This document shows positions 1 through 9,619 of a stretch of 31,858 bases of DNA, piece after piece. The stretch lies in IMG/VR virus record IMGVR_UViG_3300033076_000872, positions 1 through 31,858 of that record; one strand, given 5' to 3'. Under the pieces are notes generated by a model. It did no database searches. It was not told the origin of the DNA and saw nothing but the letters and a program-made list of their open reading frames with translations. The stretch comes from a virus. Its lineage: Duplodnaviria > Caudoviricetes. A program made the translations under genes and the position numbers. How positions within the stretch are numbered: the stretch's first letter is position 1; each line of letters begins with the position of its first letter.

Positions 1-1900
1 CGACTTCTGCTTCGGAGAACGCTTGCTTAGCCGATTCGGCTTTGCTTTCTGGGCCATAAAGACCGCGCTCGGCTTCGTCTTTCAAAACCTCTGTGGCTTT
101 GACTTCGTCTGGCTTCTCTTGGGCGCCGAACATACCGGGCGTCTCACCCGCGGGTGTCTCAGCAATCGTGCGCAACTGAACCTGTTTGGCTGTCTTCTCT
201 TGCAGGGCTGTCAGGTTCAAACGCTCAGCGTCGAGCTTCTTGGCCAGCTTCTCGGTCGCGGCGGTATCGCCTTGCTCAGCGGCATTGATGAGTGCTTTCT
301 GTGTTGCGGCCAGCTTCTTCTGGGCATCGGCCAGACTCTTCTCTATGGTTTGCGTCAACTCTTGTGTGGACGCTGTGGTACCACCAAGCTCTTGCACGAG
401 CGCGGCAGCGTTGAGTTGCTTCTGTTGCAGCTCATTGATCTGTGGGTTCAATGACAAGATTGTGGCGGTGTCGCCAGCCTTGGCTGCCTCAGCGACCTTT
501 GTTTTCAACTCGTCGATCTGCGTGGTGAACTCATCGTGGCGGCGCATCAAATCGACAACATCACGCTGTGGGTCAGCGTTGGGGATAGGGGCGGCTGCGG
601 TTGGCTGTGATTGGGCAGTCTCCTGCTCCATAGCGCTCATGCGCTCTTGCTCCATCTGACCGATCTGCTCGCGGCGTGCATTGAACTCGTCGCGCAGCGG
701 GGCGAAAGTACCCAGCAATTCGTCCTTGGCCATCTTGGCTGCGTTGTATTCAGCCTCTTGGTCTGGGGTATATGCTGCACGCGCGGCTTTGTACTTCTGA
801 ATGGCTTCTGGCTTAGCGTTCTTGCCCGGCTTCTTGGGTGGGGCGGCAGCGTCGATGCGGTCGTTGAGGTCTTGCATCTGCGCACGCGCAGCGTTGAAAT
901 CAGCGGACAGCTTTTGCAAATACTCAGGTTGGTTCTTGCGTTCTTCCTCGGCGGCCGCAGCGGCCAAGTCTTTGGCTTCCTGCTCTTGAGCAACCTGCTG
1001 ACGGGCTGCGCCCTTCTCTGAGAAACGACCCGCCGCACCGATGGGAGCCAGCAGACCAACTTGGTACGCTGTCTCGCCATATTCTTTCAGAGCGTCTGGG
1101 CTGGTCAAGGACAGGCCAGCTTGCGCGCGCTCCAACATTTGCTGGGCAACTTCCGTCGGGATTTCGGCCAAGGCACCAACGCCCGTACCTTTGAGCAACG
1201 TCTTTGTGAGGGACTCTTCGGCCAGCTTGGCTGCACCCTTGTTGGCCAGGCCAGCGATCGGGATGCCTGTGAGCTTACTCACCAACTTGCCACCCAAAGG
1301 GATAAAAGTACCAGCGGCATCCAGCGCGGCTTGAGGGACTGCGGCCGCAGCGGCAGCACCACGATTGATTGGGGCGCCTTCAGCTTGCTGACGCTCGATG
1401 TTGCCGCCGAACTGCTGCAAGAGAGATGGGGCCAAGGCACCGGCCACACCGCCAACCACAGTACCGGCTGGGCCAGCCAGAGAACCGGCCATGGCGCCAA
1501 GGCGTGCGCCGCCAAGAGTAGCGCCGATGTTGGGTGCTTGCTCAGCGATTGCTTTGGGGATTTGACCGAGCGCTTCTTTGGCTGCGGAGAGGATGCCGTT
1601 CTTGTCGTAGGCTTCGCGGACTTTGTCGAAGCTGACTTCTTCGGCGTAGCGACTATTGATGTCTTGACCACGCTCAATGCCTGCTTGGGCGGCTTCTTCT
1701 GGGGAGGTCAGGGCACCGAGGCCCGTTCGCATGCTGGATAGAGTTGACTCAAGCCCCTTGCCGAAGGCTCCTGCCAGGCCGCCTTGTTTGGGGAACAGGT
1801 CGGGAAACTTGATGCGCGCTTTCTGCATCGCTTCGTTTTCGGACATGCCTTCTGGAATACGTAAACGTGAACCGTCAGGAAGGGGCAGGTAGTTGGCCAT
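1..1900 (-). CDS. Large internal virion/DNA-ejection protein (P22 gp16-like position), 3' end beyond the left edge
   Basis: ATG at 1900 (MANYLPLPDGSRLRIPEGMSENEAMQKARIKFPDLF...). Open to the window edge for ~633 codons; Gly/Ala-rich hydrophobic segments followed by coiled coil. Absent from the ORF track because no stop lies in the window. Last gene of the ejection block. Confidence 0.8.
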   Translation of the reverse strand, partial: MANYLPLPDGSRLRIPEGMSENEAMQKARIKFPDLFPKQGGLAGAFGKGLESTLSSMRTGLGALTSPEEAAQAGIERGQDINSRYAEEVSFDKVREAYDKNGILSAAKEALGQIPKAIAEQAPNIGATLGGARLGAMAGSLAGPAGTVVGGVAGALAPSLLQQFGGNIERQQAEGAPINRGAAAAAAVPQAALDAAGTFIPLGGKLVSKLTGIPIAGLANKGAAKLAEESLTKTLLKGTGVGALAEIPTEVAQQMLERAQAGLSLTSPDALKEYGETAYQVGLLAPIGAAGRFSEKGAARQQVAQEQEAKDLAAAAAEEERKNQPEYLQKLSADFNAARAQMQDLNDRIDAAAPPKKPGKNAKPEAIQKYKAARAAYTPDQEAEYNAAKMAKDELLGTFAPLRDEFNARREQIGQMEQERMSAMEQETAQSQPTAAAPIPNADPQRDVVDLMRRHDEFTTQIDELKTKVAEAAKAGDTATILSLNPQINELQQKQLNAAALVQELGGTTASTQELTQTIEKSLADAQKKLAATQKALINAAEQGDTAATEKLAKKLDAERLNLTALQEKTAKQVQLRTIAETPAGETPGMFGAQEKPDEVKATEVLKDEAERGLYGPESKAESAKQAFSEAEV

Positions 1901-1994
1901 AGTCAATCAGCAGTGAGTAACCCAGTAAATGTGCAAACGCCCCAGCGGGTTAGACTGAGGCGCTGTGTGTGAATTCTCGCACAGAAGGCGAGTT

Positions 1995-3383
1995 TTAATC
2001 AAGCGTGCGAGTGACGGGTTCTTTGTCTTCCGAACTCATCGACAAGAATCGTGCCAACAACGGGTTGTCCATGGCCATGGCGCGTGTGCGCTGCAAAATC
2101 ATTGCTTCTTTCTGTTCTGGACGCAACAACCCTGCCATGATGTCTTTGTCCACGGAGTCAGTTGCTTTGTTCTGAATCTTGGTGTACTCAGTCATCACCT
2201 TAGCATCCATGCCGCCGCGAGCTTTCGCTGCTTCACCCATGTCGCGGTAGTACTGGCCTTGTTGAGCGATCTGCTGGCGTTGCAACTCGGAGCTGACAGC
2301 GAACTGCTTCTCTTGGCGTGCTTGGTTGGCCAGAGCGTTCATGTTCTGGAAGTTGCCTTTGCGGCCTTGCATCTCGGCTTGGGCCAAGTGCATTTCGGAC
2401 TGCATGAGCGCGCGCTTCGCAGCGTCGTCTGCACGGGTAGCTTCCTTCAAACTGGCCAGACCCTGAGCACCGCCCGCGCCAATGTTTTGCAAAGCATAGC
2501 GTGAGTTGCCTGCCATCATGCCAAGACCAGCAGCGAGCAGTGCCTCGCCTTTGTTGGTCTCTTTGCGCTTGGCCAAGTCTGCACGCTCTTCCTCAAACTG
2601 CTTGCGGAACGGGTCCATGGCAGCGCGATCTTCAGCGTTCATCTTCTCGACTTCTGGGCTGACTTCCTTCATCATGTCAGCTAACGTGCTTGGCTTGTAT
2701 GGGTTGGCTGCGCCTGCACCACCGACACCCGCGGCAATACCTGAACGATCAACCGCTGCGGGGGCAACAGGAGCTGCTTTTTCTTGGGCTGCGGCCGCAG
2801 CGGCGAGGCCAGTAGGAACTCCCTGCGCGGCAGTGTTCTGTGCTTTCAGACGAGCTGTTTCAGCAGGCATTTCCGCCGGCATTGGCTTTGCTGCACCTGC
2901 GCCTGGTTGGCTCACGTTAGGCTGTGTCTGCATTTTCTGCAACAGCTGCTCATAGCGGGACTTCGCCGCGTCCACACGTTGTGCGGTCGTGGGTGTTGTT
3001 TGCTGGTACCAAGATGGCTGGGAAGCCATCCACTCGTCATACGCAGCTTGAACATCTTGCTGGCCAACACGACCGCCCTCATCAAACGCCACGATGCCGC
3101 CGGTGGCCATATTCTTGATGTTGTCGGCAGGCAACGCGCCGATACCAACGTTCTCAGGAAGCTGTTGTGGAGACATACCAGCGATGGCTTGGTCGGCCAC
3201 CTTGGGTTGAGGTATAGCGCCTTGCGCACCCTGCGCGGCAGAGCGCATCTCTTTTCGGCGGTTGGACTCAGCAATCGTCAAGGCCAACATGTAGGGGTCG
3301 GACTTGTGCATCGTCGCATATTGCTGCAACGCGTTGTCTGGCATTTTGGCCAGTTGCGAGGTGATCTGATTGACGTTGAGCAT
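1995..3383 (-). CDS. Putative ejection/internal virion protein (gp20-like position), 462 aa
   Basis: AAGGAAG SD; A/Q-rich helical protein with a Gly-rich hydrophobic patch (ALLAAGLGMMAG); gene order. Confidence 0.7.
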   Translation of the reverse strand: MLNVNQITSQLAKMPDNALQQYATMHKSDPYMLALTIAESNRRKEMRSAAQGAQGAIPQPKVADQAIAGMSPQQLPENVGIGALPADNIKNMATGGIVAFDEGGRVGQQDVQAAYDEWMASQPSWYQQTTPTTAQRVDAAKSRYEQLLQKMQTQPNVSQPGAGAAKPMPAEMPAETARLKAQNTAAQGVPTGLAAAAAAQEKAAPVAPAAVDRSGIAAGVGGAGAANPYKPSTLADMMKEVSPEVEKMNAEDRAAMDPFRKQFEEERADLAKRKETNKGEALLAAGLGMMAGNSRYALQNIGAGGAQGLASLKEATRADDAAKRALMQSEMHLAQAEMQGRKGNFQNMNALANQARQEKQFAVSSELQRQQIAQQGQYYRDMGEAAKARGGMDAKVMTEYTKIQNKATDSVDKDIMAGLLRPEQKEAMILQRTRAMAMDNPLLARFLSMSSEDKEPVTRTLD

Positions 3384-3392
3384 GTCTCTTCC

Positions 3393-4523
3393 TTAACCCA
3401 TGTTGTAGATTGCCAAGTCGGCCAAGCCTGACGGAGCGTTCACGGAGCCGCCCTCTGCCATCTTGCTCACGCCATAGGCAGCAGTACCTAGACCAGCCAA
3501 CTGAGACACGGCGGATGGAGCCGCTTGGTAGCTTTGTGTCGAAGTGGTTTGCAAAGGCAAGCCGCGCAACATGGCGTTCATGTTGGAGAGCTGCTGCATG
3601 CCCCACTGTTGTTGGGTGGCGTAGTTCTGAATCTGCTGGTTGATCTTGTTTTGCTCCAGCTGTTGCTGCTGTGTGCCCAACTGGTTTTGCAGGCCGATGG
3701 CCGCTTGCTCTTGACCGAACTGTTGCTGGCCCAGAGTACCCAGGTTAGCTGCCGCTTGGTTGGCAGTCTGCAAGCCTTGCAGGCCCAGGTTGGCACCAAA
3801 CTGTTGCTGGCCAATGTTGGCTTGTTGCGCTTGCATGGCACGCGCTTGGTCTGCATTGAACTGCTGCATGGCGTTGTTGTACGCCGTGTTCAAGCCGGTG
3901 CTGATTGTGTTGCCTTGCTGGATACCCAGATTGCGTTCACGCTCCGCGCGCATGAGAGCGTCACGGCTGCCGCCGAACGCACCACGGCCAACAGCTTCAG
4001 CAGCTTGTTGCTGCCCCTGCATCGCGGACTGACGAGCTTGCTCTTGGAGCTGAGGAGCCAGCGCCTGCATAGCGTATGGGCTCATATAGCGCGCAGCAGC
4101 ACCCATACCGAAGTCCTGCGAACCCGCCATCATGGGGTTGTATTGCTGGTTCAAGGCGCCAAGTCCTGCCTGCGCGGCAATGGCGGATGCGTCAGCGGTT
4201 TGTTGTGTTGGGCCGAGGTTGGCCGCACCGCGGTACGCCTGCTCCTGCATAGGGCTGGCGCCAGCGTAGTAGTCGTTCATGTTGGTGCTGTAGGGCGTGT
4301 AGCCCTTCATACCGGTGATCTCGGTCGTACCTTCTGGGGTTTGACGCGTATCAAACAACTGTTTCTGGGTCGCGCCCAGCATCGTCTCTACGTACGGACG
4401 TGCGTATTCGGGGATGTTCGACGTTTGTGTTGTGGATGTTGTTGGGCCACCGCCGCCACCGCCACCTGAATCCATTGCATGGCCCATGGGCAATAATTTA
4501 CGTTTGATTGATAACAGGTCCAT
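3393..4523 (-). CDS. Putative DNA-transfer/ejection protein (P22 gp7-like position), 376 aa
   Basis: GAGG SD; short basic leader followed by a Gly run; Q/A/G-rich; C-terminal hydrophobic Gly-rich segment. Confidence 0.7.
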   Translation of the reverse strand: MDLLSIKRKLLPMGHAMDSGGGGGGGPTTSTTQTSNIPEYARPYVETMLGATQKQLFDTRQTPEGTTEITGMKGYTPYSTNMNDYYAGASPMQEQAYRGAANLGPTQQTADASAIAAQAGLGALNQQYNPMMAGSQDFGMGAAARYMSPYAMQALAPQLQEQARQSAMQGQQQAAEAVGRGAFGGSRDALMRAERERNLGIQQGNTISTGLNTAYNNAMQQFNADQARAMQAQQANIGQQQFGANLGLQGLQTANQAAANLGTLGQQQFGQEQAAIGLQNQLGTQQQQLEQNKINQQIQNYATQQQWGMQQLSNMNAMLRGLPLQTTSTQSYQAAPSAVSQLAGLGTAAYGVSKMAEGGSVNAPSGLADLAIYNMG

Positions 4524-4524
4524 G

Positions 4525-4950
4525 TCAGGCCTCTTTGAAAAACTTTTGATACATCACGCTCTGAACCTCATACCCACGTTCATCAGCTACTTTGCGCCAA
4601 CCAGGGCGACCAATAAACTCAACGCCAGCGCAACCAGCGTCTCTTGCAAAATTCTCTGCGATTGTGTGCATTTTCTCTGAAATCAGGTCCATTGTCCAAG
4701 GCTTCATGGCGCAGTACTGAATAGTCAACATTTTGCAGCGAGGGTACTCTTTGATTTCAGTGATGACGTGGCCATACACTACTTCGTCTTTGTGTACGAC
4801 CCAAAGGTGCATACTGCCGTTGAGGATAAAGCGCAAGATGTCATCGACCGTCGCACGGCCTTTGGTCCACTCTTGGGACTCCTGTAAATAAGGCAAAAGG
4901 GCCGGGATGATGCCGGCCACTTGTCCTACAGGAATCAAACCGATATTCAT
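4525..4950 (-). CDS. GNAT-fold acetyltransferase-like virion assembly protein (P22 gp14/T7 gp13 position)
   Basis: C-terminal pattern FARDAGCAGVEFIGRPGWRKVADERGY resembles GNAT motif A/B; located just before the ejection genes. Confidence 0.6.
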   Translation of the reverse strand: MNIGLIPVGQVAGIIPALLPYLQESQEWTKGRATVDDILRFILNGSMHLWVVHKDEVVYGHVITEIKEYPRCKMLTIQYCAMKPWTMDLISEKMHTIAENFARDAGCAGVEFIGRPGWRKVADERGYEVQSVMYQKFFKEA

Positions 4951-6191
4951 GCCGGCATGGCCTTACTTGGGTTGACTTCTGGTGCCTGTTTCTTTTTGCC
5001 TGTGCGCTGTTGACGGATGCGGTCCATCATCTTGTAGAGCTGCTTGGCGCCGGCGTCAGTCGAGCCATTACCGAGGTGAGACACCACGTCGGCTGGAACT
5101 ACGAACTCACCGTCAGCAAGACGCGCAGGCTGCTTGCCGCCAATCTGAGCAGGAATCGAATCAGACATACCATCGCCAGGGCCTCTCAACATGCGGCCGC
5201 CGTCAGAGTAGCCACCCAAATCGGAGATGCCACCACCGCCAGCAAAACGGTTTTCTTCGCCGGTCACTTGGTCCACACCAGTATCGGCCGTGCCTTGAAC
5301 AACGTTCTGACTCATTGGTGTCTGCCATGGTGTAGCGTATGCACCTTGATGAATGTCGGCCATGGGGAAGCCTGTGTTCTCACCGATCGCGTTAGCGTTC
5401 GACATCTGTTCCACAGGACCACCACCAGCGTATGTTTTGTACTGCGCTTGGTAGTATGGGTTGGGTGGTATCGGGTTGTACGAGCTGTAGTCGTCAGCCA
5501 TGCGGTATTTGCTGAGAGGACCGGTGTAATGCTCTGTTCCTGGCACTGTGTTTTGGGGAGCCATTAGGCCACCCATAGCAGGTGCTGCCGCGGCTGCTGC
5601 ATATTTGGCTGTCTGCATGCCACCACCAGTAGCATCAATATAGCCGCCTGGGTTATTGGCGGCTGCCTGTAAACCTGTCTGCATCGGAGCTTGTGCGGCG
5701 TTTGTCATTGCTGCGTTGGCCGCAGTTGTGTCACGGGCCATGAGGACATCGCGAGCATTGGCGTCAGGTCCCATGCTCGTTGCCGCGGCTTGATTGGCGT
5801 TGGCCAGTTCGTTGGCCGCACTCTCCGCACCCATGGAAGTCAAACCACTGGCCAAGCCAGCACCACCGTACGCACCCATACCGGCCATGAGACCTTGACT
5901 CAATGAACCTGTGCGCAATGCTTGAAGACCACCAACGCCAGCACCAATCATCCAAGGTGCGGCGGCGCCACCAGTAGCAGCGGTCAGTCCGACACCAATC
6001 ACCGCTGGGAGAATGTTGGATAGGAAGCCAGCCTCAGCCAAACCTGTTTGTGGGTTGATCGTCAGGGAACCACCATGGGCTTTAGCCAAAGCTTGCAAGC
6101 CTTGAACCTCACGTGGGGCCATGTGTACGAGGGTGCTGTCAGGGCCACGGCCTTGCGCGGCTAAGTGTTGTGCTGCGTGATGAAGGCTCAT
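4947..6191 (-). CDS. Internal virion/ejection-associated protein, 414 aa
   Basis: N-terminal GRGPDSTLVHM...TINPQTGLAEA, Gly/Ala hydrophobic segments, C-terminal GPGDGMSDSIPA...LADGEFVVPA motif of the kind seen in phage internal/tape-measure-type proteins. Confidence 0.7.
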   Translation of the reverse strand: MSLHHAAQHLAAQGRGPDSTLVHMAPREVQGLQALAKAHGGSLTINPQTGLAEAGFLSNILPAVIGVGLTAATGGAAAPWMIGAGVGGLQALRTGSLSQGLMAGMGAYGGAGLASGLTSMGAESAANELANANQAAATSMGPDANARDVLMARDTTAANAAMTNAAQAPMQTGLQAAANNPGGYIDATGGGMQTAKYAAAAAAPAMGGLMAPQNTVPGTEHYTGPLSKYRMADDYSSYNPIPPNPYYQAQYKTYAGGGPVEQMSNANAIGENTGFPMADIHQGAYATPWQTPMSQNVVQGTADTGVDQVTGEENRFAGGGGISDLGGYSDGGRMLRGPGDGMSDSIPAQIGGKQPARLADGEFVVPADVVSHLGNGSTDAGAKQLYKMMDRIRQQRTGKKKQAPEVNPSKAMPA

Positions 6192-6221
6192 GGGTGCCTC
6201 GCTGGAAAGGGGTTGTGCATA

Positions 6222-6545
6222 TTATGCCTTGATACGTACTGGGTAGCTAGTGCCAGGAATCGTGGTATCACAATACAAGTCACCTGATTTTAGGTTCGAC
6301 AAATCAGCTTGTGTGGGTAGGCTGATCTTGAACTGACCTGGGTTAGCAGGGTCTGGTTGGGCGAATGTGAGTGCCGTAACCACTTGCGTTGTGCCGACGC
6401 CTTGCGACGACGCCAGCATAGGTGATGGGTTATCCAACTGAGTGAAATACAAACGAAGCACGTTTGTGAGTTGGTCCATATATTGCTGGCTGTATTCGAC
6501 AGGCGCGGCGGGCAGGCGAGGGGCAGTTGAGTTTTTGCTTGCCAT
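6222..6545 (-). CDS. Small tail-associated protein (tail needle/plug position), 107 aa
   Basis: GGAG SD; directly follows the nozzle gene. Confidence 0.6.
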   Translation of the reverse strand: MASKNSTAPRLPAAPVEYSQQYMDQLTNVLRLYFTQLDNPSPMLASSQGVGTTQVVTALTFAQPDPANPGQFKISLPTQADLSNLKSGDLYCDTTIPGTSYPVRIKA

Positions 6546-6547
6546 AG

Positions 6548-8734
6548 TTATCTCCGACCATCTGGGCGTACGTCAAGACGAGGGGCACCCAACTGCCATG
6601 CCACACCGAGACCGTCTGAACCAACACGAAACGCCATCTGACGCCCACGAACGCGAACGTACACGTACTGTGTGAATTGCTGCACGTTGTAGTAGCGCTG
6701 GTTCAAGTAGTTGTTGACACTAACCACGCTTGGGTTGTCCGAGCTACCGTAGTTGGCGCCGGGGTTCTGACGAGGGCGAACACCAAACGTCACAGTAGGC
6801 TGAGCCACACTAGAACCATCAAAGGTCACATCAGGGATGATGCGGGTCACCAGGCCAAAATTATGACCATCCCCAATATCAAAATCGGAAGACTGGCAAT
6901 AAGACACGATAGGGCTAGGAGGAGAAGTGGTCCCATCATCATTCCCTGTCTCGTGATACTGAAGCTGGCCGCCGTACGCCGCAGCCATGGGTTCTGAACG
7001 CAACGGGCTATCGAGCCATGCGCTGCGTTCCATCGTGCCGTAGTACCAAGTGCGCTCCAAGTGGTTGAAGATAACGTACTTGTCCACCACGGTGCTGTTG
7101 GCCGAGCAATAGAACCACCAAATCTCGTTGTAGCCCTCGTTCGTACCAGCAAAAAACTGATACGACTGCTCCATGTTGATGTCGTCGTACACATACTGGC
7201 GCAGCGCGCAAGGCAAAGTCTCCACACGACCTGAGTACATGTAGAACTTGTCCGTGCCCATCCAGTAGGTGACGTTGTTTGCCGTGGCCACCACGTTGGG
7301 ACCAGCAATTGAAATGTTGCTTCCCATGATTTGGAAACCCCAAACGTAGGGTGGGCCAAGGTACTGCATCGAGTACACCGCCGCATCAGTCCAAACCAAA
7401 ATTTCTTGGCGGGTCTGCAACGCAGTGATGATTTGTGAACCGTTACTCAAGCGGTAATCACCCGCTTGGTTGGTCGCCGCCGGAGTCCACGTGTAAAACT
7501 GCTCTTGCTGTGACCAGCGAATAAGCAGAGGGTCTTGTGTCGCTGGGAATAGCGCACCGGAGGGGTCGTTCGTGCCGAAGGCAATCACAAAACGCGAAGC
7601 GTCCGATACCATGACAAAGTTGACCAGTGATGGCGTTGTTGAGTCGTATGTAACACTGCCGGAACCTGGGATTAGATTGCCGGCCTTCATCACGGTTGCC
7701 CGATCAAATATGTTGACGTTCGCGTTCACCGCCCAGTAGTACATCGCCCCACCGCGCGGGTTGAAGATTAAATCTTGACCGTAATTTGATTGGCTCCATA
7801 AACGCAACTGTTGACCAACAGCGCCGGACGTAGACGATGTGCCCCAACCCGAAAATGCTGAGGTTACTTGAGTGACGGTAGCGCCAGATGTGTGCGCCGC
7901 AGCAGTTGTACCATTTGCCCCGCGAGTGCACCCAGTCAGCGTATTTAAAGTGATACCAGAATACGTGATTGACTCTGCGTCGATCACTACGGTGCCAGTG
8001 GACGTGAACCCTGTTGCCGAAGTCAACACGATGGATGTGGCGCTGCTGTTAATGGTGCCGTTGAGTGTTGTTACCTTTGAGCCAGTAACGACACCGCCCC
8101 AAGTCCCTGCACCCCAACCTGTGGCGAAAGAGTAGACGTCCAAACCAGTGTTGATCTGGTACGTAAACGTGGCGGTGCCAGTCGTGCCAGAAGACGTGGC
8201 AGGGGCGTTTACGACGATGTTGTATTGGTTTGAGTTCAGGTATGTGATCTGGAACTCTTTGTTCAAACTAGCGGCGGGAATACCGTTAACCGAACCGCCC
8301 ACTCCTGAGATGGTCACAAAGTCGTTATTTGAGGCACCATGGCCAGGGTCATTGACGGTGACAGTGGTAGAAGCGTTCGTTGTTGTAAAGGCGTTCGTGA
8401 TGCCAGTATCCGTTTGTCGAATCGGCGTGACGTCGTAGAAGTAACCGTTTGGGCCGTTCTGCACGTAGTACTTGAGGTTTGTACCCACACTCAGCAGGTT
8501 TTGCCCAGCCAGGGACTCCCAGTTCCACATAGAACGTGCAACACCCCAATACGAGCCTGTAGGCGGCTGTAGAGTCGAAGCCGTAACACCCGTATCTCGA
8601 GCCCATCCACCGAGCTTCTCTGGATAGCCAGAACGAAAGCGAATCTTGTCGCACTCAAACCAGCCACCCTCGTTAGTAAGGGTCGTGCCTTCACGGTTTA
8701 CACCGGGGCGGAATTGGAGTTTCTGTAAAGGCAT
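6548..8734 (-). CDS. Tail nozzle/stabilisation protein (P22 gp10/T7 gp12-like), 728 aa
   Basis: Trp/Tyr-rich beta-propeller-type sequence (LIRWSQQE, EIWWFY, C-terminal RVRGRQMAFRV) with inserted small beta domains; gene order. Confidence 0.75.
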   Translation of the reverse strand: MPLQKLQFRPGVNREGTTLTNEGGWFECDKIRFRSGYPEKLGGWARDTGVTASTLQPPTGSYWGVARSMWNWESLAGQNLLSVGTNLKYYVQNGPNGYFYDVTPIRQTDTGITNAFTTTNASTTVTVNDPGHGASNNDFVTISGVGGSVNGIPAASLNKEFQITYLNSNQYNIVVNAPATSSGTTGTATFTYQINTGLDVYSFATGWGAGTWGGVVTGSKVTTLNGTINSSATSIVLTSATGFTSTGTVVIDAESITYSGITLNTLTGCTRGANGTTAAAHTSGATVTQVTSAFSGWGTSSTSGAVGQQLRLWSQSNYGQDLIFNPRGGAMYYWAVNANVNIFDRATVMKAGNLIPGSGSVTYDSTTPSLVNFVMVSDASRFVIAFGTNDPSGALFPATQDPLLIRWSQQEQFYTWTPAATNQAGDYRLSNGSQIITALQTRQEILVWTDAAVYSMQYLGPPYVWGFQIMGSNISIAGPNVVATANNVTYWMGTDKFYMYSGRVETLPCALRQYVYDDINMEQSYQFFAGTNEGYNEIWWFYCSANSTVVDKYVIFNHLERTWYYGTMERSAWLDSPLRSEPMAAAYGGQLQYHETGNDDGTTSPPSPIVSYCQSSDFDIGDGHNFGLVTRIIPDVTFDGSSVAQPTVTFGVRPRQNPGANYGSSDNPSVVSVNNYLNQRYYNVQQFTQYVYVRVRGRQMAFRVGSDGLGVAWQLGAPRLDVRPDGRR

Positions 8735-8736
8735 CT

Positions 8737-9078
8737 TTATCCCACGTTGCGCTCAAAGTGCGGGCAGTCCACCAGTGATTTGAAGTTACCGCCCCAGCGG
8801 TTCTTTTGGTTAAGGCTTTCCCAGTACGCACCCAATGGAGCAAGTGTAGCGCGGTCCCATACGAGCTGTCCATCTTTAAAGAAGTTCAGGTCGATTGCAC
8901 AACGCTTCAGATGGTTGGACATCATTGTTTTTGAGCGACCAGTTTTAAGGTAAATGGCTTGCTGCTCAGGTGTGCGCGCTAACTCACCGCCGGTAACGGT
9001 GAATCCTTGGGCCGTGGCGTAGGTAATCAGCTTGCAGGCATCCAGCAAAAACGCAGCTTGCTCTTGGTTCAGGCTCAT
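8737..9078 (-). CDS. Endolysin, peptidase M15 family (L-Ala-D-Glu peptidase-like)
   Basis: R...Q motif, SNH-x6-D (SNHLKRCAIDL), WGG and DCPHFE zinc-peptidase motifs. Confidence 0.88.
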   Translation of the reverse strand: MSLNQEQAAFLLDACKLITYATAQGFTVTGGELARTPEQQAIYLKTGRSKTMMSNHLKRCAIDLNFFKDGQLVWDRATLAPLGAYWESLNQKNRWGGNFKSLVDCPHFERNVG

Positions 9079-9608
9079 TGGGAACCCCCACTCAAGTTTT
9101 TGATCGTTGCATCTTTGCTCTGGCTGCCACGCGTGGTACCGAACTCGAAGTTGTAAATGTTGTCTAGGTAACCGAGGAACCGTCCGAGCACCAGCGTGAA
9201 GATGCCTTTGACGTACTCACTGAGCGTTTCGTCTTTCCACACAATCCAGACAAGGCAAGCCACGACCACTACGGCCATGAAAAACATGATGTCCGCACGC
9301 CAGTTGTGTTGGCCCATCTTGATGAACCATGCGTCGCGGTCGCGGGCACTGCCTTTGTCCTGCACCTCGGCTTTGAATCCTTCGAGGTCTTGCTTGGCCT
9401 TCTCGATACCGAGTTCGATCAAACGTTCTTCGTGGTCGAATTGAGCTTGACGTAACTTGTTGATGTCTTCTGGCGTCGGGCTGTCAGGAATCTTCACGCC
9501 AAGCGTGTTCTCTACCACCTCTTTGCCTTTGGCTTGGATGGCAGATGACAACAGGACAAGCCCGTTTTCAGCGAGCGTGGTCAGTAAGGATGCAACAATC
9601 GGAAGCAT
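9075..9608 (-). CDS. Holin-like membrane protein, 177 aa
   Basis: Likely start MLPIVASLL at 9608; two TM helices (IMFFMAVVVVACLVWIVW, IFTLVLGRFLGYL) and C-terminal FEFGTTRGSQSKD; overlaps the endolysin start. Confidence 0.75.
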   Translation of the reverse strand: MLPIVASLLTTLAENGLVLLSSAIQAKGKEVVENTLGVKIPDSPTPEDINKLRQAQFDHEERLIELGIEKAKQDLEGFKAEVQDKGSARDRDAWFIKMGQHNWRADIMFFMAVVVVACLVWIVWKDETLSEYVKGIFTLVLGRFLGYLDNIYNFEFGTTRGSQSKDATIKNLSGGSQ

Positions 9609-9619
9609 GCTTGGCACTT

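Noticed and set aside
1901-1994. c-di-GMP riboswitch or pistol/twister/HDV ribozyme
   Set aside because: Only short fragments (GUCUAA, GGGUUAC) resemble them; the conserved cores are absent
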